Assembly (NCBI GenBank): GCA_015711725.1
Contig: JACVIX010000001.1
Coordinates: 1 to 63,470 of the forward strand
Length of the DNA: 63,470 nucleotides
Direction of reading: 5' to 3'
DNA from: Candidatus Geothermincola primus
Lineage (GTDB): Bacteria; Actinomycetota; Geothermincolia; Geothermincolales; Geothermincolaceae
The notes beneath the pieces were generated by a model that saw nothing but the letters and a program-made list of their open reading frames with translations, was not told the DNA's origin and searched no databases. Below, in pieces: positions 20,046-29,247 of the stretch. The first letter of the stretch is position 1. Every line of letters begins with the position of its first letter. The translations under genes were made by a program, and so were the position numbers.

Positions 20046-20707
20046 ACGAGATTGCCCTTAAAATGTTGGGGATATCCGGAAGTCCCATCGAAGGTGGGAA
20101 TGTTGAGACCCTTCTAAAGGACGCTATTTCTAGCCAGCAAGATGATTCCGGATTGAGTTGGGAGATAGTAAGGCTTTCAGAATTGAATATAGGCGATTGC
20201 CGTCAGTGTAACTGGTGTTTAAAGAAGCAAACCCCTGATAGGTACTGTGGCCTGGAGGATGATATGCAGAACCTCTATCCAAAAATAGACGAGGCCGACA
20301 TCATCATCCTGGCTACCCCTGTATATTTCGGACGCCTTTCGGGATACTTGGCGACTATGATCGACCGTTTACGCGTATACATACATGGCAATATTTCCAG
20401 AGGAATGCTGCGCAACAAGGTAGGTGCTTCCATAGTGGTGGCTTGGTTTCGCTTGGGTGGATGGGAGACGGCGATAGCCACGCTTAACCAGTTTTTCTTT
20501 TCCGTGAACATGGTAATTGCTGCGCCTGATTTGGGGCTGTCAGGCGCCGCCGCTTTCTCTTCCCTGGAGGGCGCAGGGAAGAGGTTGGGTAATGACCGAC
20601 TGCTAGTCTTGAAGGACGATTTAGGCGTGGCCTCGGCACGCTCTGCGGTGGCCCGGGCGATGGAGTTGAGCCGTTTGCTGAAGGTTGGCCAGGCGCAAAA
20701 GGGATAG
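20042..20707 (+). CDS. iron-sulfur flavoprotein-like NADPH-dependent FMN reductase family protein
   Basis: 'GISGSPIEGGN' and 'ATPVYFGRLSG' fit the flavodoxin-like fold. A compact Cys cluster 'CRQCNWCLKKQTPDRYC' is present. The start overlaps the kinase stop as ATGA. Confidence 0.7.
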   Translation: MNEIALKMLGISGSPIEGGNVETLLKDAISSQQDDSGLSWEIVRLSELNIGDCRQCNWCLKKQTPDRYCGLEDDMQNLYPKIDEADIIILATPVYFGRLSGYLATMIDRLRVYIHGNISRGMLRNKVGASIVVAWFRLGGWETAIATLNQFFFSVNMVIAAPDLGLSGAAAFSSLEGAGKRLGNDRLLVLKDDLGVASARSAVARAMELSRLLKVGQAQKG

Positions 20708-20867
20708 TTGTGGTGTTGCTCTGTTTAATTTGAATTTGTGGCTATTTACATAACTGGCACTATCTCTTGCCATCTAGCCGAGAGATTCCATTCCGGGGAT
20801 GAGTCAGGGAAATCGCAACGATCTGCCCATTTATTATTTTCATGGAGACCCAAATTATAAATAAATA

Positions 20868-22706
20868 TTGGGAATTAAAAATACCATGGAATATAAGTTG
20901 GGTATTCTCCATAAAACCTATCCCAAGAAAAAGGTTTATAATTTAAAATTAAATACAGTCGGACGGTTTAAGCGAGACAAAGAGGCATGGATATTGTCTA
21001 AAACAGATGATTTAGGAAGGATCTTCCAAGGATTATTTAGTTGCTTCGAGCTCTCAACTGGGGTAGAGGACCTCATAGATAATTCCCTGCGGCTAATGGT
21101 GCAGGAATTGGATTACGATTATGGTTTGATTATCCCTTCGGACAAGCTCACCAAAAAAATTGCCCAATTTTCTCAAATCATGATGGAGCAAGAGGTAGTA
21201 AAAAAATTAAGGGAATCTAATGAGCTGAGAGAAGATTTACTGCTCCTGGGGGAGGCGTTGGATAGGGTTAAAGCGTTTGATGAGCTAGAAACTGTTTTCA
21301 CCCCCAGACGAGTTGAGAGTCTTCGGCAGAGATTATTTCATGGAAAAACGGTAAAATGCACTCTTGCCCCTTTAAAGGCTTTGGATGAATATCTGGGGTT
21401 GCTCCTCCTGGTTAAGGAGGGTCAAGGCGTCGAGTTGCCGGAGCCAATTCTTCTCCATTTGGATATTTTCACCCGCCAATTGGGAAGGGAGTTAGTCTTC
21501 CGAAAAATCGAGGCAGAAAGGATACTTTCGTTTAAGAAAGAGGACGCGATCTTAGCGGCATGGAAACTGATGACGTCGGAGTTGGATTTGGAGAAAGTAA
21601 TGGCCAACGTGGTGGACATTTCGAGCCGATTAGTGGGCGTGTCTCGAGTGGCGGTGTTCTTAATAGACAAGCAGGGCGAGTATCTGGAATTGATCAATAC
21701 AACCCATCCAGAGGATGAAGCGGTGCTTGCACTAACCAAGATAAACTTGAGAGATGTGAAGAGCAAGGTGGGGAAAGCGCTACTGCATGAGGGGAAGGCG
21801 TCATATCTAATCGACGCTAAAAACAATCACAGGGGTCCTGTGGAGCTGAACCGCGCATTCAACGTCTGCTCAATTCTGGTGGTTCCTATAATCTCTCCCC
21901 ATGGGGGGACGATTGGCGCCATTTTCATGGATGAGCCTGGGGAAAAGCACCTCTTTACCGATGAGGATCTGCGGGTTATGGAGAAGGTGGCAAGTTTCGC
22001 CGCCATAGCTATAGAAAACGCCAAACTTTACCGAGAGAGCGAAACGCAAAGGGAGCGCCTCTCCGAGTTGATGTTGCGCTTGGCACAGGCTCATGAGGAG
22101 GAAAGGGCGCGTATCTCCAGGGAATTACATGATTCTGTAGGTTCTTCCCTGCTGGACATCATCTATCGCGCGGAGTTGATCACGGAAATGGCTGCTGGAA
22201 AAGAGATAAAGGATGGATTAAGGGCAATATTGCAGGCGGCTCGCTCCACCATAGCGGAATTGCGGGTTATAATATCCGATATTCGTCCTTCTTCCCTGGA
22301 ATCGATGGGGCTAGTCAGAGCCATCCAGGCTCTTTTGGATCGTTGTTCTATCAGTTATGGGGTGGAGATAGAGAGGGATATAGACGAGGAGCTAGAGTTA
22401 GATGAACTCCGCGAGAGATTCATCTTCCGGGTGGTCCAGGAGGCCTTTTCCAACATACACCGCCATTCCATGGCTACCCGTGCTCGGTTGGTCCTTAAAA
22501 AGGATGATCATGCCGTCCTCCTGGTAGTGGATGACAACGGAAAGGGATTTGATATGGAAGAAGTATCGGCGAAGGGAGGCATGGGCCTTATCCATATGCA
22601 AGAGCGGGCGGAGATCATGAGAGGTTCTTTCCAAGTGGAGAGTGGGCGGGGGAAGGGAACTCGCATTACCATGAAAATACCCCTCTTTCGTGATGATGGT
22701 AAGTGA
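20868..22706 (+). CDS. GAF-domain sensor histidine kinase, HisKA_3 (NarL-partner) type
   Basis: 'RISRELHDSVGSSL' is the H-box. The HATPase domain is complete: 'NIHRHS', 'DDNGKGFD', 'GGMGLIHMQERAE'. No response regulator is adjacent. Confidence 0.85.
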   Translation: MGIKNTMEYKLGILHKTYPKKKVYNLKLNTVGRFKRDKEAWILSKTDDLGRIFQGLFSCFELSTGVEDLIDNSLRLMVQELDYDYGLIIPSDKLTKKIAQFSQIMMEQEVVKKLRESNELREDLLLLGEALDRVKAFDELETVFTPRRVESLRQRLFHGKTVKCTLAPLKALDEYLGLLLLVKEGQGVELPEPILLHLDIFTRQLGRELVFRKIEAERILSFKKEDAILAAWKLMTSELDLEKVMANVVDISSRLVGVSRVAVFLIDKQGEYLELINTTHPEDEAVLALTKINLRDVKSKVGKALLHEGKASYLIDAKNNHRGPVELNRAFNVCSILVVPIISPHGGTIGAIFMDEPGEKHLFTDEDLRVMEKVASFAAIAIENAKLYRESETQRERLSELMLRLAQAHEEERARISRELHDSVGSSLLDIIYRAELITEMAAGKEIKDGLRAILQAARSTIAELRVIISDIRPSSLESMGLVRAIQALLDRCSISYGVEIERDIDEELELDELRERFIFRVVQEAFSNIHRHSMATRARLVLKKDDHAVLLVVDDNGKGFDMEEVSAKGGMGLIHMQERAEIMRGSFQVESGRGKGTRITMKIPLFRDDGK

Positions 22707-23097
22707 ACTAGAAAATTAGTTGGAAAACCACGCTTTTTGCGGTATTGTGAATGTTTCAAGATTTCCCTAAATGCGGCGAATGCGGCTTCTAAATGAACAA
22801 TGTGTCAATTTTTCTTATTCTTCCTTGGAATTATTATTGAAGCGCTTGAGCATTCAACCATAGCTAGTGGGAAAGAAGAAAGATCTAGATAGACGTCGGC
22901 AGGCGACAGTTAAAAAGCCTCCTATACTTGATGCGAATTGGATTGTGCCAAGATAGGTTTTTGAGATGGTTAGAGCTGACCAAGAGGGTTAGTTGAGGCA
23001 AAGGTTTTTAGAGACACCGCTTGTGTCCATCTTCCCGTCTCATTTGAGATCATAACATAATGCCTTTCCTCTCACTGTCATTGGGGAGGTTAGGGAA

Positions 23098-23138
23098 ACC
23101 GCGCTCTAGATAAGGGCTTGCCCAAATCTATGCGCGGT
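23098..23138 (-). terminator. imperfect long hairpin downstream of the FAD oxidoreductase gene
   Basis: Nested stems ACCGCGC/GCGCGGT, TAGAT/ATCTA and GGGC/GCCC. There is no clear T-tract. Confidence 0.3.
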
Positions 23139-23175
23139 CTAAAATTACTTTATGTAAAATATTTTATACAACGAA

Positions 23176-24663
23176 TTATTTAAGCTTTTTCCGGATAAGC
23201 CTGCCTAGAGCCCTGAGCCCAAATAGTCCCGCGAGTACAGTATTCACATAGAAGATGGGCTTGATCAAGGGCACTAAGCCTTGTTGAGGCTTAAACTCGA
23301 CGTTGAGAGATATTGATTTGCCCAGCTTGTCCTGTGCGATCAACTCCGCGCAGTGGTTGGATGTCCAGATGGCGGCCTCCATTCCACCGGAGCTCACATG
23401 GGTCTTGGTGTAATCTCCGGTAAGATAAAGATTCTCGTAGGGTGAGCGCTGGTAGGGTCGGTGTTTCTCCATCCCGGGATAGGGACGGTACACTCCTTGT
23501 CTCTCCCTGACCACTCGATATTTGCGCACCTCGGCTTCTCTGGCGGAAGGGAAAAGTCTCCTTATATCCGCCAAAGCTTTTTCATAAATAATCTCGTCCG
23601 GCAGGTGCACTAAATGGTCGGCGGGCGAAAGCACCATCTCGAACATGGAGCCTCCCTTGAAGACATGGGGTAGGACGTTGGAGAGATCGGCGTAGGTATT
23701 GAAGACGCAATTGTTGGAGAAGAAAGTCACGTCCACTTCGGTAAGCTTACGGTCGAACCACACCTGAAGTGATAGGGATGGTGCCACGCTGAAGTAAGAG
23801 AGGTCCTGAAAGTATTCATAACGAAAAGCTTCCGGAGGAAGAACCTTGCGCAACGAGTAAGGGCTGATGGCGGAGACATAAAGGTCCGCGGTTCTCTCCT
23901 CCTCTCCATTGATAACGATTTTACCCACGCGGTTGCCCTCCAGCTCGATGGACGTGACTTGTTTGCCCAGCTCGCATTTACCTCCCTTACCTTCTATATA
24001 TTCGATGCACCTGCCTACCCAGATCTCGCCTAAACCCCCGTTGGCGAAACCAACACGAGAGGTCTCATGGGCGGCGCCGACTTTTTTGAACCAGTTAATC
24101 ATTACTTTTGCGGATACCATCCAGGATGGGGTGAAAGTGAGGCCGTTGATTCCCGGCTCCATGGGGAGGAAGGAATCCTTGGGAGCTCGCCTCACCAGCC
24201 ACTGCCCGAAAGTGATTTCGTCCAGCTGGTTCAACTTTTCCTCAGAGTATAGTATGGAGGTTCCCATACCCAACGCGGTGAAGAAAAGTTTCCACTTTGG
24301 TAGCCCTTCGTAGGCTTTGACCAGGGAGTTGAAAGCCGCAGCGGCATGGAGGGGTGCGGGAAGATTGGCGAAGCGCAGTACCGCTTCCTTTCCCCCGTCC
24401 TGCATATAGTAGAATTCAGTATTTTTCCAGATAATGTTCTCGTAGATACCCATCTTTTTGAAGAAATTGATGAGATTCACGTAATAAGGAAAGAAGACAT
24501 GAAGAGCGTTGTCGATCATGTCTCCGTCCTCATCAAGCCAGGAGCTAGCCCTCCCTCCGAAAATCTCGTCCGCCTCGATCAATTCCACCTCTATCCCCAG
24601 ATCAAGCAGATTGATGGCGGTGGCGAGGCCCGCCATTCCTCCTCCCATTATGAGAGCCTTCAT
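23176..24663 (-). CDS. FAD-dependent oxidoreductase, amine-oxidase/phytoene-desaturase-like, with a C-terminal TM helix
   Basis: The dinucleotide fold is 'KALIMGGGMAGLATAINLLDLGIEVELIEADEIFGGR'. The C-terminal segment 'IFYVNTVLAGLFGLRALG' is hydrophobic. ATG at 24663 follows AAAGGAG with 8-nt spacing, 5 nt after the TetR stop. Confidence 0.8.
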   Translation of the reverse strand: MKALIMGGGMAGLATAINLLDLGIEVELIEADEIFGGRASSWLDEDGDMIDNALHVFFPYYVNLINFFKKMGIYENIIWKNTEFYYMQDGGKEAVLRFANLPAPLHAAAAFNSLVKAYEGLPKWKLFFTALGMGTSILYSEEKLNQLDEITFGQWLVRRAPKDSFLPMEPGINGLTFTPSWMVSAKVMINWFKKVGAAHETSRVGFANGGLGEIWVGRCIEYIEGKGGKCELGKQVTSIELEGNRVGKIVINGEEERTADLYVSAISPYSLRKVLPPEAFRYEYFQDLSYFSVAPSLSLQVWFDRKLTEVDVTFFSNNCVFNTYADLSNVLPHVFKGGSMFEMVLSPADHLVHLPDEIIYEKALADIRRLFPSAREAEVRKYRVVRERQGVYRPYPGMEKHRPYQRSPYENLYLTGDYTKTHVSSGGMEAAIWTSNHCAELIAQDKLGKSISLNVEFKPQQGLVPLIKPIFYVNTVLAGLFGLRALGRLIRKKLK

Positions 24664-24668
24664 TCTTG

Positions 24669-25277
24669 TCACTCCTTTCTCTTTCTGGATAGGTCTTTTA
24701 AGGATATGTCTTTTAAGATGCCTTCTACTGCGATAAGAGCTTTTTCCTCAGTCAGGATGTCCTTTAACTCTAGAAGGGACGCGAAATTTAGGGTTATCCC
24801 CAGCGATAGGATCATCCAGGCGGTTAGGGAGACATCGATGTCTTCCCGTATCGCACCTTCCTGGATGCCCTCACATAGGAGCGCCTCTATTATTCCCAGG
24901 AACTCCAGGAATTTCTTCTGAAGGGCCTTTTTCAGCTCCTGATCTCGAGAAGCGCTTAACACCTCAAAAAGAACCATCGTCTCTTCTGGATGATTCATCA
25001 CGAAATCGTAGAGTGCTTTACTCATCTTATACAGGCGGTCCACTAGATCGCTGCCAGCTTCTCCAGCGGAGTATAAAAGTCCCAGGAGCCGCGAGCTGAC
25101 GCGCTCCAGTGAGGCTAGGATGATTTCCCCCTTGCTGCCGAAGTGGCGATAGAGTGCAGGCTCGGAGATACCTACCTCCTGGGAAATGCGGGCGATAGTG
25201 GTACCTGAGAGCCCGTGACGAGAAAGCAGATTAATGGTGGTATCGATAATCTGTTCTCTTCTTTCTCCTCTTTTCAT
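24669..25277 (-). CDS. TetR/AcrR family transcriptional regulator
   Basis: The N-terminal HTH 'RREQIIDTTINLLSRHGLSGTTIARISQEVGISEPALYRHFGSK' is typical of TetR. Confidence 0.9.
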   Translation of the reverse strand: MKRGERREQIIDTTINLLSRHGLSGTTIARISQEVGISEPALYRHFGSKGEIILASLERVSSRLLGLLYSAGEAGSDLVDRLYKMSKALYDFVMNHPEETMVLFEVLSASRDQELKKALQKKFLEFLGIIEALLCEGIQEGAIREDIDVSLTAWMILSLGITLNFASLLELKDILTEEKALIAVEGILKDISLKDLSRKRKE

Positions 25278-25310
25278 CTTCCTAGGTAGTGGTCATACGG
25301 CTTTTAGTTA

Positions 25311-25326
25311 GTTAGTATTAACTAAC
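25311..25326. promoter_or_regulatory. candidate TetR operator (GTTAGT-ATTA-ACTAAC)
   Basis: 6-bp inverted repeat with a 4-nt spacer, 34 nt upstream of the tetR start, inside a TTAGTTAGTTAGT run. Confidence 0.3.
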
Positions 25327-25689
25327 ATTATAATCGACGGAGACGGTTTGTCAAGAGAGGAAGAAGTGAAGCAAATTGACGAAATGTTAAATAATCCATA
25401 GTTAGTGATGAAGCCTGTTTAGCCCTGCGCGATCGACTCATATATGGGATTATATGCTACATCGCGAGGGGGATATAAGTTTCACACGAAAGGCGGGATG
25501 CTTTCACCCTTCATCGAAGTAAAGGAAGCAGGGAAATGAGACGAAAATTTATATGAAAATTAATAAACCTGGAGTTTATGAGGATTTAGAAAACTTTTGT
25601 GCACTATTGTTGAATTATTAAATATATTTATAGTATAGTTAATTTATGTTAAAAATGTTTTATGTGTAAAGTTACGTGAAAGTAAAGTT

Positions 25690-28071
25690 ATGAAGATACA
25701 CTTATGTAGGTCGATAGCTTTAATAATCTCGTCCCTCTTGCTAATGAGCCTTTTGATGGTTGATTCCTCACATGTCCAAGCTGCCTTTACGGACATTTAT
25801 ATAGAGCCAGCTGCTATACAGCAGGCTATAGAATACGCGTGTTCCCGCGGTTATTTGGAGGGGAATCCCGATGGGACGTTCAAGCCCAGAGAATGGATTT
25901 CTAGAATCGATGCGGCTCGAGCGTTGGTAATGGTTTTTGGCCACGGGCAGGAGCAACCGGACCCCAACATTCATTTTCCGGACCTGCCTGACGAAGATGC
26001 CAGATTCCGCTGGGCTAACTTGGCGGTCAAGCACGCTTTAATGGACAGGCTTCCGGATGGAAGGTTTCTTCCCGAAGTGACGATATCGCTGGAGAGGCTA
26101 GCTATAGGCATTACCCATGGTTTAGGGCTGGATAGCGTGGCCACCAATATCCAGCGCATTGTTCCTCAAGCTCCATATTATGGAGGTTTCATGGTAGTGT
26201 TCATGGGACTACGTTTGAAGTATTACGAAAGGAACTACGCTTTTTCGGTGAAAATCTGGCCAACCGGAGGTTACCCACGGGGCAACATGGCTTATACTCT
26301 ACAAAGGATCGATTACCTTGAATCGTGGCGGAGAAATTACCTAATCTCCACTTTCACAGAAGAGAGATGTCAACCGCCTCAAGCCAATGCTGGTCAACAG
26401 ACCGCGCTCAACTACGGATTTGAACGGTTGGGTTCCCCCTATTTGTATGGAGGAGAATCGGAGGCGGAAGGTGGTTTTGACTGCTCGGGTTTCGTCTACA
26501 ATACCTTGAGCATGCGCATGGGTTATCCCATGAAAAGGGTGGCGGATGACCAAGCCCGGGACGAAAATTATCTTTCTATCAACCGAGCTTACCTCAAACC
26601 AGGTGACGCTATTTTTTTCTATGATGAGGCGGGAGGAGGCTCCACGGGACATGTTGGCCATGCGGGTATGTATGTGGGTAACGGAATTTTCATCCATTCC
26701 GCGGGTTCCAATGGAGGCGTGAGCCTGGATTGCCTGGACACCTCCAGTTATTACAGCACTCATCTGGCTTGGGGAAGGAGGGTGGTTGGCGGTCCCTATC
26801 GCGATCGATTCGAGGAATATCTCCTTTTATTCAACCCGGATGCCTCGTCCGCCAGTGTGCAGGTCCAATATATAAGCAAAAAAGAACCCCCATTCACCAG
26901 GACTTACACCGTCGCTCCTCGCAGCAGGTATACAATACGCGTTGACGACCAGGTTGATTACGACGAAGTATCTCTTAAGGTTACCGCGGACCGGGACATA
27001 GTGGCGGAGCGCGCCATGTACTATAGTTATATGGGAAAGATGCCTGGAGGCGAAGCTTCGCCAGGGGTCTCCATTCCCAGCCTTTCCTGGTATTTCTCCG
27101 AGGGGTACACTGTAGGGAGCTTCGATACCTGGCTTTTACTCTTTAATCCCTCGGATTCCGCGGCCCAAGTAAGGTGCCGTTATCTTCTAGAATCAAGTAA
27201 GGTAATCGAGCAGAATTACATGGTGTCTCCTGGAAGTAGAACCACCATCTCAGTGGACGGAGTGCCGGGAATGGAGGGGACGGGCGTTGCATTGCAGGTC
27301 GAGTCCACCAACGGGGTGGGAATCGTTGCCGAGCGAGTGATGTACTTCGACTATATGGGAAATAAAGGGGGTAGCGGAGGGATAGGGGTGAATGCACCGG
27401 CGGGGAAATGGTATCTGGCTGAGGGCTATACCGGCAGTGGGTTCGACACCTATCTCACATTGGCCAATCCATCTGAGGATCTCGCCAGAGTGCAGGCGGA
27501 TTTCCTGTTGGAAGGCCGCGATAGGGTCACCGAATATTTTGATGTCGCGCCCCATTCCAGGTTGACCGTGAAGGTAAATGAGATAGTGCCAAAAGCAAAT
27601 GTGGCTGTGGAAGTGGGGTCGCTCAATGGGGTAGGAATTGTGGCGGAGAGGGTCATGTACTTCAACTATGGCGGAAAGAGAGGGGGCCATGCCAGTGCCG
27701 GCGCCTCCACGCTATCCAGTGACTGGTTTTTCGCAGAGGGATACACCGGGGGCAGTTTCGATAATTATTTGGTTCTAGCCAATCCTTGGGAGGAACAGAC
27801 CGGGGTGGTCTGCAGGTTTTTCCGGGATGATGGGGTAATGGTGGAAAGAAATTATAGGGTGGCGCCGCAAAGTCGCTTCACCATAAAAGTGGATGACATC
27901 GGCGGCTTGGAGTCCGCCGCCTACGCTATCCGTGTGTCTTCCGACCGGCCGGTTATAGCGGAACGCGCCTCCTATTTCTCTTATCGAGGATGGGATGGGG
28001 GAAGCGATGCTAAGGGCGTGGCCGCTCCTCGACGAGAATGGTATTTCGCGGAGGGATACACAGGGGGCTAG
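25690..28071 (+). CDS. SLH-anchored NlpC/P60 cell-wall hydrolase followed by 'WYFAEG...VAER' repeats
   Basis: Signal peptide, then two SLH-like segments ('GYLEGNPDGTFKP', 'LPDGRFLP'). NlpC/P60 motifs are 'GGFDCSGFVYN' and 'GHAGMYVGNGIFIHS'. Four repeat copies start at about 26787. Confidence 0.85.
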   Translation: MKIHLCRSIALIISSLLLMSLLMVDSSHVQAAFTDIYIEPAAIQQAIEYACSRGYLEGNPDGTFKPREWISRIDAARALVMVFGHGQEQPDPNIHFPDLPDEDARFRWANLAVKHALMDRLPDGRFLPEVTISLERLAIGITHGLGLDSVATNIQRIVPQAPYYGGFMVVFMGLRLKYYERNYAFSVKIWPTGGYPRGNMAYTLQRIDYLESWRRNYLISTFTEERCQPPQANAGQQTALNYGFERLGSPYLYGGESEAEGGFDCSGFVYNTLSMRMGYPMKRVADDQARDENYLSINRAYLKPGDAIFFYDEAGGGSTGHVGHAGMYVGNGIFIHSAGSNGGVSLDCLDTSSYYSTHLAWGRRVVGGPYRDRFEEYLLLFNPDASSASVQVQYISKKEPPFTRTYTVAPRSRYTIRVDDQVDYDEVSLKVTADRDIVAERAMYYSYMGKMPGGEASPGVSIPSLSWYFSEGYTVGSFDTWLLLFNPSDSAAQVRCRYLLESSKVIEQNYMVSPGSRTTISVDGVPGMEGTGVALQVESTNGVGIVAERVMYFDYMGNKGGSGGIGVNAPAGKWYLAEGYTGSGFDTYLTLANPSEDLARVQADFLLEGRDRVTEYFDVAPHSRLTVKVNEIVPKANVAVEVGSLNGVGIVAERVMYFNYGGKRGGHASAGASTLSSDWFFAEGYTGGSFDNYLVLANPWEEQTGVVCRFFRDDGVMVERNYRVAPQSRFTIKVDDIGGLESAAYAIRVSSDRPVIAERASYFSYRGWDGGSDAKGVAAPRREWYFAEGYTGG

Positions 28072-28360
28072 AAAGAACGCGAGGGAAAAGGATAAAGGAT
28101 AAGGTTGATATATACGGATATATATGCGGATGAGGAGGAGTCACGCCCGCTTTCCTCCTCATTCTCCAGGTCCGAAATATTCCGAGCAGGTCTAAAACCT
28201 CAAATCGCGCCGTCTGATTTAACAGGTTTCGCGTGCGCTAAATCCGTTTTTAATAGTTTATTAGGTTACAATACGTCGTTGTGGGGTACAATTTAAATCG
28301 GTTGGTTTAAGGAAGATCGGTTTGGTGAAAGGACGTGAGCCACATTGAAGCGGTAATATT

Positions 28361-28375
28361 TGATAATAAATATCG
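28361..28375. promoter_or_regulatory. weak Fur/PerR-like box candidate upstream of rubredoxin-rubrerythrin
   Basis: TGATAATAAATATCG versus the 7-1-7 consensus TGATAATnATTATCA: left half 7/7, right half 5/7. It is flanked by an 11-bp direct repeat GAAGCGGTAAT (about 28347 and 28386). Confidence 0.25.
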
Positions 28376-28401
28376 TATTTAAGTGAAGCGGTAATGAGGA
28401 G

Positions 28402-28572
28402 GTGGTCGAGATTTCCAGATGGGAGTGCACGGTCTGCGGATATATCTATGATCCGGAATTGGGGGACCCTGAAGGAGGGATTGAGCCGGGAACCCCTTTC
28501 GAGGATCTGCCCGATGACTGGGTCTGTCCCGAGTGCGGAGTGGGCAAGGAAGATTTCGAGATATTGGATTAA
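28402..28572 (+). CDS. rubredoxin (not in the ORF track)
   Basis: Hand translation gives [56 protein letters not shown], with classic CxxCG...CPxCG knuckles. The start is GTG at 28402 or possibly ATT at 28411, 6 nt after GAGGAGGTG. Confidence 0.8.
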   Translation: MVEISRWECTVCGYIYDPELGDPEGGIEPGTPFEDLPDDWVCPECGVGKEDFEILD

Positions 28573-28617
28573 CTTTTTAAGTTCTTGGTTTTCCAATGGT
28601 CTTGAGGAGGATTGAAT

Positions 28618-29121
28618 ATGCATGAGATGACCGAGAAATTCCTGAGGGAGGCTTTCGCAGGAGAGAGCATGGCCCACATGCGTTACGCCATCTTCGCGGA
28701 CCAGGCGGAGAAGGATGGATTACCGGAGCTTGCGCGGCTTTTCCGGGCCATTTCCTATGCGGAGAGGGTGCATGCGGAGAACCACTATCGCGCTCTGGGA
28801 GAAGTGGGCAGGAATGAGAGTAATATCCAGATCTGCATCGATGGGGAAAACTATGAGATCAATGAGATGTACCCCGTCTTTAACGCGACGGCAAAGTTAC
28901 AGGAAGAGAGCGAGGCGGAGAAAACCACTTACTATGCTCTAGAGGCGGAAAAGATACACGCGGAGATGTATGCGAAAGCGAAGAAGGTGGTGGGGGCCGG
29001 TGAAGACTTAGATATCGGCACCATCCAGATTTGTAGCGTGTGCGGTCATACCCGGGAAGGGGAAGCGCCAGAAAAATGTCCCATCTGCGGGGCGAGTCGG
29101 GATAAGTTCCGCGCGTTTTAA
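28618..29121 (+). CDS. rbr: rubrerythrin
   Basis: Ferritin-like diiron motifs 'EAFAGESMAHMRY' and 'AERVHAENH', plus a C-terminal rubredoxin-like 'CSVCGH...CPICG'. ATG at 28618 follows GGAGGA with 6-nt spacing. Confidence 0.9.
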   Translation: MHEMTEKFLREAFAGESMAHMRYAIFADQAEKDGLPELARLFRAISYAERVHAENHYRALGEVGRNESNIQICIDGENYEINEMYPVFNATAKLQEESEAEKTTYYALEAEKIHAEMYAKAKKVVGAGEDLDIGTIQICSVCGHTREGEAPEKCPICGASRDKFRAF

Positions 29122-29136
29122 AGGCTTGAAGTAAAG

Positions 29137-29160
29137 CTAAGTTATAACTTAGATTATTTT
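29137..29160 (+). terminator. intrinsic terminator candidate after rbr
   Basis: Stem CTAAG/CTTAG with a 6-nt loop, followed by ATTATTTT. Confidence 0.45.
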
Positions 29161-29247
29161 CGGATTAAACATAAGCGGTGGATTTTATCGGCGATTTCTT
29201 TTCTAAGTTGGGGTAAAATCTTCTACCAATTTATTCCAGGAGAAGTC

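Noticed and set aside
24346-24921. 191-aa plus-strand ORF spanning the TetR/oxidoreductase junction.
   Set aside because: It is antisense to two well-supported genes and has no motifs.
28130-28162. 9-bp stem hairpin (ATGAGGAGG / CCTCCTCAT, 15-nt loop) downstream of the SLH/NlpC-P60 gene.
   Set aside because: It has no T-tract on either strand. It may be a weak terminator or a coincidental SD/anti-SD-like pairing, so it was not called.
28261-28677. 138-aa minus-strand ORF from the track.
   Set aside because: It is antisense to a textbook rubredoxin frame and to the rubrerythrin start, and it has no recognisable motifs. It is almost certainly a shadow ORF.
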